DNA of 64,000 nucleotides. It comes from Candidatus Ozemobacteraceae bacterium. GTDB lineage: Bacteria > Muiribacteriota > Ozemobacteria > Ozemobacterales > Ozemobacteraceae. This document shows positions 30,532 to 39,586 of this stretch, piece by piece. Made by a program: the position numbers and the translations under genes. The notes below the pieces were generated by a model. The model saw nothing but the letters and a program-made list of their open reading frames with translations. It had not been told where the DNA came from and ran no database searches. Position 1 is the first letter of the stretch. The number at the start of each line of letters is the position of its first letter. Location of the stretch: the NCBI GenBank assembly GCA_965140445.1, contig OZ223236.1:4256001-4320000 (forward strand), given 5' to 3'.

Positions 30532-30848
30532 TATGTTCTCCGTATCACATGCAATTATCTTAAGCCGAACAGATATCAGACTTGTGTAGTGTAAATCTAT
30601 TTGGTTTTATTTTGGCTTATTTTTTGCGTTAATAAAAAATTAATTGAATTCAAAAAACATGGTAGCGCTGTTTCTAATCGAAGTGTTTCGCCAGAAAACG
30701 ACTGTCACGGGACTTGGCTTTTACAGCAAGTTCCCGTGACACCAAAGTTTTCTGGCTCATGGCCAGCGGACTCAGGCTAATTGTCCTAATTTTACTCTTC
30801 ATTTCTTTGTTTTTTGGTTATTGGTTATTGGTTAATTTTTTTAAGCGA

Positions 30849-30982
30849 GTTTAACGACAGTCGTGACCGGAAATGAGTGTTGGCTTTGCCAAACGAGGGA
30901 ATCGGTGCTGGCGAACCGGTTGCGATCCTTTCGCAACTGGTTTGACATGCATCGACTTTCCGACTCGACGCACTTGTTATGT
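30849..30982 (-). repeat. attC 5 (long family)
   Basis: GTTTAAC-GACAGTCGTGACCGG...CGAGGGAATCGGTGCTGGCG...TCGACGCACTT-GTTATGT. Confidence 0.9.
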
Positions 30983-31330
30983 GGCTTTGCCTCGTAAGCC
31001 AATTAAGTTACCAAATGGGTCTTCTACTTGGCACATTGAGAGCCCATTTTCTATTTCCATTGGACCTCTGTATAGCTTTGCACCAATGGACTGGAAATAT
31101 GCTAATGACTTGAGTAGATTGTTCACGGACCAATAAACAACACTGCCTTTTTTACCAGCCCCAACCTTTTCGTCGGCTTGCACTATTTCTATAGAAAAAC
31201 CATCTAGGTCCAACGCTGTATAATCAAACTCGGGGTAATAGATTGGAGTAGCTTCGGGAAAGGCTTTTTTATACCACTCAAGCCCTTTAGCCACGTTGGG
31301 AACATGAACAAGAACCGCTGTTGGGGTCAT
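30977..31330 (-). CDS. VOC/glyoxalase/bleomycin-resistance family protein (cassette)
   Basis: Start MTPTAVLVHV with GGAGAG RBS; WY...F, VYWSV, GA.LYRGP.EI, EDPFGNLIGL. Confidence 0.88.
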   Translation of the reverse strand: MTPTAVLVHVPNVAKGLEWYKKAFPEATPIYYPEFDYTALDLDGFSIEIVQADEKVGAGKKGSVVYWSVNNLLKSLAYFQSIGAKLYRGPMEIENGLSMCQVEDPFGNLIGLRGKAT

Positions 31331-31345
31331 AATTTCTCTCCTGCC

Positions 31346-31446
31346 ACATAACGCCTGTCGTGACCGGAAATGGCCAGACGGCTCGGGACTTGCTTTCGCA
31401 AGGCCCGTGACGGCGGTCATTTTCCGCGTCTACGCGATTGTTAGAC
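31346..31446 (-). repeat. attC 6 (short family)
   Basis: ACATAAC-GCCTGTCGTGACCGG...TTCCGCGTCTACGCGATT-GTTAGAC. Confidence 0.9.
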
Positions 31447-31986
31447 ATTCTCATTTTTTTCTTTTGTCTGCCTATCGTACATAACTATTGCACCACAAAC
31501 AGCAACATTTAGCGACTCTGGTGTGTCAATTTTAACAAAATCTAGTCGGGCTGTTTTTGAAAAAGTCCCCCTAAACCCTTCCGGGATGCCCTGGTTTAAA
31601 TCCTTAAAAAAAGCTTTGATTTCCTCAATTTCGGCTTTGCCGAGTCCCACTGTTTCTCTCCCCAGTAGATAAGTTGCATTATTGGGATGAGTAAATTCTG
31701 TTAATATTTTAGATTCAGGTGTCATTTCAACAATAACCAAGTTTGTCTGCGCCGGCAAATGCCGTAAAAATTCTTGCAAATTTTCAAAGTATTGCAAATT
31801 TATCTTGCTCAAGCCGTCTTGGGTATTCATTTGATGCTCAAACTTATGAATATTGCCTTTATACTTTTCTTTTACAAAGCCGCCAATAACGAACAAAGAA
31901 TTTAGGCCAAAATTCTGGCCAGTTCTAATTAAAGAACCAACATTTTCTCTCGTTTTTGGATTATAGATTGCTAAATTGTATCCCAT
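31441..31986 (-). CDS. SpoU/TrmH-family (SPOUT) RNA methyltransferase (cassette)
   Basis: NPK..ENVGSLIRT, YLLGRETVGL, SLNVAVCGAIVMYDR. Confidence 0.88.
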   Translation of the reverse strand: MGYNLAIYNPKTRENVGSLIRTGQNFGLNSLFVIGGFVKEKYKGNIHKFEHQMNTQDGLSKINLQYFENLQEFLRHLPAQTNLVIVEMTPESKILTEFTHPNNATYLLGRETVGLGKAEIEEIKAFFKDLNQGIPEGFRGTFSKTARLDFVKIDTPESLNVAVCGAIVMYDRQTKEKNENV

Positions 31987-32009
31987 TTTTATTTGTCTTT
32001 ATTTTAAAT

Positions 32010-32140
32010 GTCTAACGCCAAGATCAGCGGATTTGGGGGCGAACGGAATTTGGACACGCCGAAAACAAAACATGCCAAAAAGAGCCGCCAACTCTCGTTT
32101 GGAGCAGGCCCCCAAATTCCGCTGCATCATACTGTTGGGC
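32010..32140 (-). repeat. attC 7 (non-family type)
   Basis: GTCTAAC...CAGCGGATTTGGGGGC/GCCCCCAAATTCCGCTG...GTTGGGC. Confidence 0.85.
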
Positions 32141-32144
32141 ATTT

Positions 32145-33128
32145 TCATTTTATTTTTCTATCTTTCATAATTTTTTCAATTCCATTTTTTGCAAATGAAA
32201 TCATTTGGGACGAGGAAAAGGCAATTACTTGATTTAAAGAAATTTTATTAACTGAGCCTCTCAATATTTGAAAACCAATGTAATAGCCGATTCGATCATT
32301 AAGTCCAACCTTCGCACCCCCTTTAACTTTGAACAAATAGTTGTATAAATCGTCTACATTTGGGGATGCAATCTTGGACAATAAGTTGGGCAATATTTTG
32401 GGTAAATCTCTTTCGGAATCTTTAACATAGCTTTCTGATTCAACCATGAAATGCTTGTTAATCGAAAGTTCGGGAAACAAAGAATAGGTATAAAAAACCG
32501 CGCACCCTTCAAAAAGAAGAGGAAAATAAAGTTTCTCAACAATTTTATTGCCTGCTTGAAGAAACTTTTTCATATGGTAAAGATGAAACAATTCATGTTG
32601 AATTGTAATTTTCAGACATTCAACATTAAAGAAAGTATCTGCTGAAAGAAGAAGGCAATTTTTGTTCTTAATTAAATCTGCTTTGGCATTAAAAAATGGG
32701 CACCCACATAAAATTACTATTTCATTTTCACCGGCCTGAAAATCGGAAAATTTCTTTTTAAACAAATCCATCATTTCTTCAACATGGCTTTTGGCTTCTT
32801 TATCAAACCATGAGAAAAGCTGAAAATATTTATCATAATTTAATAGAATTGTTTCGAGTTCTTCTTTAATTTGGTTAATTTCTTTTTCTTTGACACCATT
32901 CGGGAAAAATATGGGACAAAGGAAATCTTTATTTGGCAAAAAATATTTTTGGTACCAAATAAAAAATCTCTTTTCCGGTGGACTGCTTTTTGCGATCTGC
33001 ATAAAATTCAAAAAATCGCCTGAAGTATTTTGAATCTTAAGCTCTGCACAGAAGGCACAATTAAATATAAAAAGAAAAAACGCAGAAATTATTAATCTTG
33101 AAAATTTACCCAAAGTTACTTTCTTCAC
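32145..33128 (-). CDS. Exported putative Zn-dependent protease (DUF2268-like) (cassette)
   Basis: GTG start with GGAGG; signal peptide; HELFH, EG.A, RIGYYIG. Confidence 0.7.
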   Translation of the reverse strand: MKKVTLGKFSRLIISAFFLFIFNCAFCAELKIQNTSGDFLNFMQIAKSSPPEKRFFIWYQKYFLPNKDFLCPIFFPNGVKEKEINQIKEELETILLNYDKYFQLFSWFDKEAKSHVEEMMDLFKKKFSDFQAGENEIVILCGCPFFNAKADLIKNKNCLLLSADTFFNVECLKITIQHELFHLYHMKKFLQAGNKIVEKLYFPLLFEGCAVFYTYSLFPELSINKHFMVESESYVKDSERDLPKILPNLLSKIASPNVDDLYNYLFKVKGGAKVGLNDRIGYYIGFQILRGSVNKISLNQVIAFSSSQMISFAKNGIEKIMKDRKIK

Positions 33129-33148
33129 CGAAAACCTCCCCTAAATTT

Positions 33149-33249
33149 GCCCAACGTCGGTCGTGACCGGAAAAAGCCAAGATGGCGCGGGGATTGCTCC
33201 GCAAGACCCGTGACAGCGGCTTTTTTCCGAGTCGACGCTCTTGTTATAC
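33149..33249 (-). repeat. attC 8 (short family)
   Basis: GCCCAAC-GTCGGTCGTGACCGG...TTCCGAGTCGACGCTCTT-GTTATAC. Confidence 0.92.
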
Positions 33250-33251
33250 GT

Positions 33252-33821
33252 CTAAATTTTAATTTTTATCAAACCGGATTTTATTCGCTCAACCAAATTT
33301 GGTTGGAATTTTTCTACCAATTCCATATATCTGGGATTATCTTGTATCCAAGATATGCATTTCATTACTAAATCATTGTCATCATCAGGGATATCATCAA
33401 TGCGATCAGGATAATATTTAATGATTAGCTTCCCTTGTTGTGTTAGCGATAGCAAGTATTCTTTCGCATTGTCAATCTTGACCTCATGAAGGACCGGCAC
33501 CTCGCCTGGACATACTACTTCTTCATCCCAAGAAGTCTGATTTTCCAAAAATCCTGCTGCAGAAAGAGTGTAAATATATCCTTTAACCTCGTTATATCTT
33601 TTTTCGAATGCACCTTTTAATCTTTCACAAATATACGGAAGTCCGCTTACTTTATCTCTTCCAACTTGACAAGTTAGATCTCCACCCAGTGTGCCGAGAA
33701 AAACTGCAGTCATAACAATATCTTTTGTTGCATAAACCCACTTTTTATAATGGGTGCTTACACTTGGGCGAATCATTTCAAGCCCAGAAATAGAAGATGA
33801 GTGATAAACGAATTTTTCCAT
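33252..33821 (-). CDS. Hypothetical protein (cassette), possible ART-like fold
   Basis: AAGGAG RBS; YHSS..L..I.P, WVYAT, GYIY, EEVV. Confidence 0.7.
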   Translation of the reverse strand: MEKFVYHSSSISGLEMIRPSVSTHYKKWVYATKDIVMTAVFLGTLGGDLTCQVGRDKVSGLPYICERLKGAFEKRYNEVKGYIYTLSAAGFLENQTSWDEEVVCPGEVPVLHEVKIDNAKEYLLSLTQQGKLIIKYYPDRIDDIPDDDNDLVMKCISWIQDNPRYMELVEKFQPNLVERIKSGLIKIKI

Positions 33822-33837
33822 TTTTCTCCTTTTTTAC

Positions 33838-33972
33838 GTATAACGCTTGTCGTGACCGGACGCCGAGCAGCGCCTTCGGCAAGCGAGGGAATCGGTGCTG
33901 GCGAAAAAGTTGCCGAGTTTTCGCAACTTTTTTTGCCAGCATCGACGTTCCGTGTCGACGCACTTGTTATGT
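33838..33972 (-). repeat. attC 9 (long family)
   Basis: GTATAAC-GCTTGTCGTGACCGGACG...CGTTCCGTGTCGACGCACTT-GTTATGT. Confidence 0.93.
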
Positions 33973-34485
33973 TGCATTTTCTAACCATTTTTGGGCTTCT
34001 TCAATTAAATACTCTTCAAATTTTTTTTCAGCTTCTGATCTTGGTAAATCAGTATGATACAGAATCATGGAACCATCTTTACAATCCCAAATTTCACGAA
34101 GCCAGCAAAAGATATTTTCAAGTCCAAGATTATCACCAACAAACTCTTTATCAGGAAATTCGTTCAACAATTCATGATAAACATGCCAATAAATAAAAGA
34201 GGCTCCTTCTTCTGGAGATATAACTCTTTCAACTAATTTTTCTAATTTCATTTGAATGACTGTTTTGGCGGCTTCAAGTCTTGTTGGTTCATTTAAGCCC
34301 AATTCGTTCATGGTTTGTTGAAAAATTGGAGCAACCTCTGACATAATTGGGTTTGAAATGAAAACAAACTCTCCAAGACTTTTTGTGTACAAACCATCAT
34401 TAAGCCAATCATTTGTAATCATCACAATGTCTTCGCTACTTATTTGATTCAATTTGAACAATGAGTATGCTTCTATTGGTTTCAT
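33967..34485 (-). CDS. Hypothetical protein (cassette)
   Basis: Fills the cassette; stop codon within ACATAAC; 11-bp complementary cassette ends. Confidence 0.75.
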   Translation of the reverse strand: MKPIEAYSLFKLNQISSEDIVMITNDWLNDGLYTKSLGEFVFISNPIMSEVAPIFQQTMNELGLNEPTRLEAAKTVIQMKLEKLVERVISPEEGASFIYWHVYHELLNEFPDKEFVGDNLGLENIFCWLREIWDCKDGSMILYHTDLPRSEAEKKFEEYLIEEAQKWLENAT

Positions 34486-34497
34486 ATTTTTTCTGCA

Positions 34498-34597
34498 ACA
34501 TAACGCCAGTCGTGACCGGAAATTGCCAGATGGCGTGGGGATTGCTCCGCAAGACCCGTGACAGCGGCTATTTTCCGAGTCAACGCACTTGTTATGC
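34498..34597 (-). repeat. attC 10 (short family)
   Basis: ACATAAC-GCCAGTCGTGACCGG...TTCCGAGTCAACGCACTT-GTTATGC. Confidence 0.92.
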
Positions 34598-34611
34598 TAT
34601 TCTTTCACTTT

Positions 34612-34899
34612 TCATTTGTCTTCAATTAATATTGAAGAGCCATCCTCAATCGAGTTAAACAAAAAATCCTCCTCAAACTCATCCTTTGCTTGGATTGAAA
34701 TTACCACTTCAGATTCTTGAATTTTTGTATAATCCATGAAATTTACCTCAAAAATCTCTTTTTTTAAAAAAAGACCACTATCAATCCATAGAACAATACT
34801 TTGGCCTTTCGTCACTTTTCCAGAAAGCACTTCACCACCGAAAAACAAATAGTCTTTTCCAGCCAACTTAAATTTCCTATTTACTTTAAATTTATTCAT
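34612..34899 (-). CDS. Small hypothetical beta-rich protein (cassette)
   Basis: 95-aa ORF; F.V...F.L.G.....GEVLSGKV.KG resembles an EF-Tu domain II-like barrel. Confidence 0.6.
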   Translation of the reverse strand: MNKFKVNRKFKLAGKDYLFFGGEVLSGKVTKGQSIVLWIDSGLFLKKEIFEVNFMDYTKIQESEVVISIQAKDEFEEDFLFNSIEDGSSILIEDK

Positions 34900-34950
34900 T
34901 TTTTCGAAATTCTGTTCTTCGATTCAAAATTTTGCAAGGTCTCGCATTGT

Positions 34951-35304
34951 TTATGCTGGTTCTTCGGTTATAGGACCGGCCCATTGAAGTTTTTCTTTTA
35001 GATTTTCTGGAATTTCATTCATTAATCTTGCAATAGATTTGAGGTTTTCAAGATAATTCCAGCTTTGTTTCCCATTTTCATAATATCTTTTTGCATGAAA
35101 TTTCAAGAAGTGAAAATCATGGTCACCAAAACCAGCTTTGGTTATTGATAAGCTAATATTGTGAACAAGCTCAGCCTCTTCATACAACCACGCTTTGTTT
35201 TCTGTTAAAGTTTTATTGTCCCAGGTTAAGGAGTTTCTAATCAAGGGAAGAGCCCGAATTAGTAAATCAATGTAAATTTTTTGTTTTAATGATTCTTTTT
35301 CCAT
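34951..35304 (-). CDS. Hypothetical protein (cassette)
   Basis: 117-aa ORF co-oriented with the array. Confidence 0.65.
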   Translation of the reverse strand: MEKESLKQKIYIDLLIRALPLIRNSLTWDNKTLTENKAWLYEEAELVHNISLSITKAGFGDHDFHFLKFHAKRYYENGKQSWNYLENLKSIARLMNEIPENLKEKLQWAGPITEEPA

Positions 35305-35378
35305 GGTCTCAAAATTTCCTGTCTCAATCGATATATTAACAAACCCTTCGGGTTAATTTAAATTCTTATCTTCAATCA

Positions 35379-35480
35379 GCATAACGCATGTCGTGACCGG
35401 AAAAACGAGACGGGCGCGGGTCTTGCGACCGCAAGACCCGTGATCCGGCCGGTTTTTCCGCGTCGACGCACTTGTTATGC
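35379..35480 (-). repeat. attC 11 (short family)
   Basis: GCATAAC-GCATGTCGTGACCGG...TTCCGCGTCGACGCACTT-GTTATGC. Confidence 0.93.
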
Positions 35481-35513
35481 TTGATTTTAGGGTATTCTTT
35501 TGCATTTTTCTAT

Positions 35514-35768
35514 TTAGTTTTCTTTGTTACTTTTTCTTTTGGATTTTATCCACCAATCAATGCATTTGTAATGAAAATACAAGAAAGCAAGAAACATAAA
35601 AAGTGTAATAAATCTGGTTAACCAAGTATTGTCTCCTTCAACTTTTGCCATCAAGACAATTCCTAAAATTGCGAAAACTACAGGGAAAATTACTTGTCCA
35701 ACCAAGCTCAACAAAAACTGCCCGTATCCAATCATCAATTCACATATTATCTTTTTTAATATTCTCAT
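35514..35768 (-). CDS. Small two-TM membrane protein (cassette)
   Basis: 84 aa, two hydrophobic helices, basic tail. Confidence 0.6.
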   Translation of the reverse strand: MRILKKIICELMIGYGQFLLSLVGQVIFPVVFAILGIVLMAKVEGDNTWLTRFITLFMFLAFLYFHYKCIDWWIKSKRKSNKEN

Positions 35769-35981
35769 TTCATTATCTTTTTTCGACTAGTTTTGCTGAC
35801 ATTTTTCTTCTGTTGATATGTCCCGCAACTTCTAATTTATTATTTGATTTTTTCTTTTCTCGCAGACAAAAGCGAGGCATTTGGGCGCAAAAATTGCTTT
35901 TTCAGCAATTTTTGTGACCGCCTCGGTATTTACCAAAAAGCTTTCGTTGGCTATTTTGGTTATTTTTTTCTTCTTTTTTAT

Positions 35982-36083
35982 GCATAACGTCTGTCGTGAC
36001 CGGAAAAACTAGACGGGCGCGGGTGTTGCGTCAGCAAGACCCGTGATCCGGCCGGTTTTTCCGCGTCGACGCACTTGTTAAAC
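35982..36083 (-). repeat. attC 12 (short family)
   Basis: GCATAAC-GTCTGTCGTGACCGG...TTCCGCGTCGACGCACTT-GTTAAAC. Confidence 0.93.
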
Positions 36084-36269
36084 TTGCTCTCATAATTTTG
36101 ATTTATTCTTCATCTATTCTTATTTTTAGCATAGATTTTGTGTGCCCTGAAAGCAGAAAAAACATGGCTGCTCAAACTGGTTAGAATTGAATCGTCAGAT
36201 AGTGTTCCAGAACGCATTAAGGTTTTGAGCGAAAGGGGGCAATCTCTTGAAATAAAGCAGCTTAAATTG

Positions 36270-37475
36270 CTATTCCCAACGCAGGGCTTCTATCGGATCG
36301 AGCTGAGCGGCCTGCCAGGCGGGGTAGAAGCCAAAAAAGATGCCAACTCCTGTGGAAATTATCAGAGCGAGCAGGATACTATTCATTTCGAGAACAGTGG
36401 AATAGCCGGCAAAATGCTCAATGGCAGTGGCTACACCGTACCCGAAGACAATGCCGAGTATACCTCCAAGACAGCTGATTAAAATTGACTCAAGCAAAAA
36501 TTGTAAGAGAATATCCTTGTTCTGTCCGCCAATTGCTTTCCTTACGCCGATTTCCCGGGTTCGCTCGGAGACGGTCAATAGCATCATGTTCATGATACCG
36601 ATTCCCCCAACCACCATGGATATTCCTGCGATGCTACCGAGAAGCACGGTGAACGTTCGAGAAACTTCGGAAGCAGTCGCAAGGAGCTCAGCCTGGTTAA
36701 ATACCTGAAAGTCATTGTCGGTATCAGGTAACAAGTTATGTTGCTTGCGGAGCATGAGGGTTATATTGTTCTGAATCGCGTTCATGTCACAGTTTTCTCC
36801 CCCTCGAACATCAATGTCCTGAATGCGAGTAGCTCCCATCATTTTCTTCATAGCCACCGTATAGGGAACGATCACAGCTTGGTCCGGGTTATCTCGATCC
36901 CGGTCGCCCTTGGCTTTCAGAATTCCGATGACTCGGAAATCTTCGCCGTTGATTCGAATATTTTCTCCCAGAGGGTCGGTTGTGTCGAAGAGTTCTGTTG
37001 CGAGGGTAGAGCCGATAACAACCACTCGCATTGATTTTTCTGTTTCAAACTCAGTGAAAATGCGGCCGCGTTCTGTCTGCAGACTGCGAGTTGAGAAATA
37101 GGTCACGGCAGTGCCGATAATGCTGGCTGGCGCATTCTGTTCATAGTATTTCACCTGACCCTGATCTCTAACTATTGGTGCTACTTCAGCGATTTGGGGA
37201 ATTGCTAGAAGAGACTGAGCATCTTCCAGAGTCAAATTCTGTCTTGCTGCACCTGCCGCACCTTGACTGCGTGACCTGGTTGGCCGAACGCTCAACAGAT
37301 TTGTGCCCATATTCGATACTTTTTGAGTGACTTCCATCTGGGCTCCTGCTCCCACTGCCAACATGGAAATGACGGCTCCCACCCCGATAATAATACCGAG
37401 CATGGCCAAAAAAGACCGAAGCCCACTTGAATATAAGCTTTGAAGTGCTACTCGAACTGTAGTCCAAAATAACAT
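36270..37475 (-). CDS. MacB/FtsX-type ABC permease
   Basis: Start MLFWTT (TGATG coupling); LRSFLAMLGIIIGV, GGIGIMNMML.TV.ERTREIGVRKAIG, FFGFYPA..AA.LDPIEALR. Confidence 0.92.
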   Translation of the reverse strand: MLFWTTVRVALQSLYSSGLRSFLAMLGIIIGVGAVISMLAVGAGAQMEVTQKVSNMGTNLLSVRPTRSRSQGAAGAARQNLTLEDAQSLLAIPQIAEVAPIVRDQGQVKYYEQNAPASIIGTAVTYFSTRSLQTERGRIFTEFETEKSMRVVVIGSTLATELFDTTDPLGENIRINGEDFRVIGILKAKGDRDRDNPDQAVIVPYTVAMKKMMGATRIQDIDVRGGENCDMNAIQNNITLMLRKQHNLLPDTDNDFQVFNQAELLATASEVSRTFTVLLGSIAGISMVVGGIGIMNMMLLTVSERTREIGVRKAIGGQNKDILLQFLLESILISCLGGILGIVFGYGVATAIEHFAGYSTVLEMNSILLALIISTGVGIFFGFYPAWQAAQLDPIEALRWE

Positions 37476-38155
37476 CAGGAATTGCCTCCTTTGCCAGGAG
37501 TTGTTACGAGGCCGTCTTTTAAAACAATCTGTCGACCACATTGTGCAGCAACCCCTGGGTCGTGCGTGACGATGATGATAGTACGCTCCTCGGCATGCAG
37601 GCTGTGAAAAAGCTGCATGATATCCTTACTGGTTACACTATCGACGGCACCAGTAGGTTCGTCAGCGAGAATTACGCTTGGCTCGTTTACCAGGGCGCGA
37701 GCGATGGCAACGCGCTGGCATTGGCCGCCGGAAAGCTGATTCGGAAAATGTTCTATCCGATTTGCCAACCCGACGCGCTCCAGAGCCTGCCGAGCTCGGT
37801 CTACGGCCCCTGTGTTTGCCCGCGCATATAGCAGCGGTAATTCAACATTCTGCAAGGCATTAAGTCGGGGAAGAAGATTGAAGGTCTGGAAGACGAAACC
37901 GATGCGGCGACTGCGAATTGTTGCCAACTGCTGCTGCGAAAGGTTTGATACTTCTTCTTCAGCCAGGCGATAAGTTCCTGAGTCCGGACTTGAAAGACAA
38001 CCGAGAATATTCATCAGAGTCGTCTTGCCGCTACCGGAGGAACCGGTGATAGCAACCATCTCGCCACGTTTAATGTTGAGATTGACGCCTCTCAGAGCAT
38101 AGACAGCGCCTGCCTCCATGGGAAAGGTTTTGCGAATTTCTTCGAGCTGTACCAT
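37475..38155 (-). CDS. MacB/LolD-type ABC ATPase
   Basis: [43 protein letters not shown]. Confidence 0.93.
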   Translation of the reverse strand: MVQLEEIRKTFPMEAGAVYALRGVNLNIKRGEMVAITGSSGSGKTTLMNILGCLSSPDSGTYRLAEEEVSNLSQQQLATIRSRRIGFVFQTFNLLPRLNALQNVELPLLYARANTGAVDRARQALERVGLANRIEHFPNQLSGGQCQRVAIARALVNEPSVILADEPTGAVDSVTSKDIMQLFHSLHAEERTIIIVTHDPGVAAQCGRQIVLKDGLVTTPGKGGNS

Positions 38156-38156
38156 G

Positions 38157-39545
38157 TTATCGGCCTTTCATGGGCATTGCCGGAGCTTGCGGGCCTTGCG
38201 GACCTTGCGGACCTTGCGGACCTTGTGGCCCTTGGGCATCTTCCTGCTCACTGGTTTGGCGCCATTTACTCAATGCCGTCTGTTGATTAATTTCAACCCG
38301 GTCGCCCTCTTGCAGGCCGGTTTTGATCTCGGTTAGCGTTCCATCGCTGATTCCTGTCTCAACCAGTTTTTCAGAGGTTGTGCCGTCTTCTTTTATCAAC
38401 CGAACGAAGAGCTGAGTTCCTTTGCGGAAAATGGCTTCCGAAGGCACGGATAGACATTTTTCTCGTTCCTCCACCAGAATATCAACACTGGCGGTCATCT
38501 GTGGTTTGAGTATGCTTTTACGGGGATCGGTTATTTCTATCTTGGTCTCGAAAGTGACCACATTAGAGGAATTGCGCCCTTCTGGCGAAATGCGAACCAC
38601 TGTGCCGCTGAACTCCTCGCCGGGAAAGGCATCCACGCTAATCTTGGCATTCTGACCATTGCGAAGTTTGCCGATAGAGCTCTCATCGATATAGGCAAGC
38701 ACAAAAATCTGTGAAAGATCTATCAGGGTGAGAATTGTTGTGCCACCCCCCACATTGCTGATTCCTGAGGAAACGATTTGTCCTATCTGCACGTTACGTA
38801 TGGAAACGATGCCATCCATAGGGGCTGTGATACTGGTTTCCTGAAGTCGCTGACGAGCGATTGAAAGATCAATTTTTCGTGATTCAACTTCCGTTTTTGA
38901 AATTTGCACATCCTGGCGTTTTTGCTCCAGGCTCAATTTTTCGAGTTCAACGTTAGCCAGTTCGATCCGAGCGGCATCCTCATTGCATTTATCAACTATG
39001 GCGAGTGATTGTGCATTATCATAGTCTTCCTGACTGACGATTTTTTTTCCAAGGAGCGTTTTCAGGCGAGTTGCTTTTTTGCTCGAATTTTGTGCTTGTT
39101 CTTTGGCCTTTTTTAATTCTGTCTGTGCGCGGTCGCGCAGAATTACAACATTGCGAGTGGCAATTGTGAGGCTTTGCTCAGCCTGAGCCAGGCGACTAAC
39201 TGCTGCATCCAGACTTACTTCTGCCTGTCTGACGTTGTTTTCTTCGTCTCTTGGATCAAGCTCCATAAGCAGATCACCTTTTTTAACTGCATCGCTTTCA
39301 TCAAATGGAAGTTTCAGGATTGTACCACTGGCTTTACATTTTACTTCCACGGATAAATTTGGTATGACCTGTCCCGTGCCAGTAACTGTTGTCTGGAGAG
39401 TTCCTGACGTAACCAGTTCACTTTTTATCTGTGCGGAGCCAGACTTATCTTTCTCTGCGACTTTCTGTAACTGTGCAAAGGAAATTCCAATTCCGGCAAG
39501 AATCAGAAAAACAAAGAGCACCTTCAAATTTGTTTTCATAGTCAT
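38157..39545 (-). CDS. MacA/HlyD-type periplasmic adaptor with C-terminal (QGP)n tail
   Basis: Lipoyl half-motifs (ASGTI..L...ESD.VKKGDLL..LD; I.APMDG.V), long coiled coil, VPSEAI, GLQEGD.V. Confidence 0.9.
   Translation of the reverse strand: MTMKTNLKVLFVFLILAGIGISFAQLQKVAEKDKSGSAQIKSELVTSGTLQTTVTGTGQVIPNLSVEVKCKASGTILKLPFDESDAVKKGDLLMELDPRDEENNVRQAEVSLDAAVSRLAQAEQSLTIATRNVVILRDRAQTELKKAKEQAQNSSKKATRLKTLLGKKIVSQEDYDNAQSLAIVDKCNEDAARIELANVELEKLSLEQKRQDVQISKTEVESRKIDLSIARQRLQETSITAPMDGIVSIRNVQIGQIVSSGISNVGGGTTILTLIDLSQIFVLAYIDESSIGKLRNGQNAKISVDAFPGEEFSGTVVRISPEGRNSSNVVTFETKIEITDPRKSILKPQMTASVDILVEEREKCLSVPSEAIFRKGTQLFVRLIKEDGTTSEKLVETGISDGTLTEIKTGLQEGDRVEINQQTALSKWRQTSEQEDAQGPQGPQGPQGPQGPQAPAMPMKGR
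38181..38234 (-). repeat. 9-bp tandem repeat, 6 units, encoding QGP x5 then QAP
   Basis: cggagcttg, cgggccttg, cggaccttg x3, tggcccttg on the + strand. Confidence 0.9.
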
Positions 39546-39586
39546 AGCTCCAAGGTGTGAATGGTTTCAATAAAGAAGTCAGGCAA

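Noticed and set aside
30873..31136. Short ORFs with similar peptides (KRGNRCWR...; also 33797-34057 and 41321-41689)
   Set aside because: The similarity comes from translating long-family attC sites, not from a protein family.
31331..31420. N-terminal extension of the VOC ORF in the ORF track
   Set aside because: It lies in attC 6; the ATG at 31330 has a good RBS.
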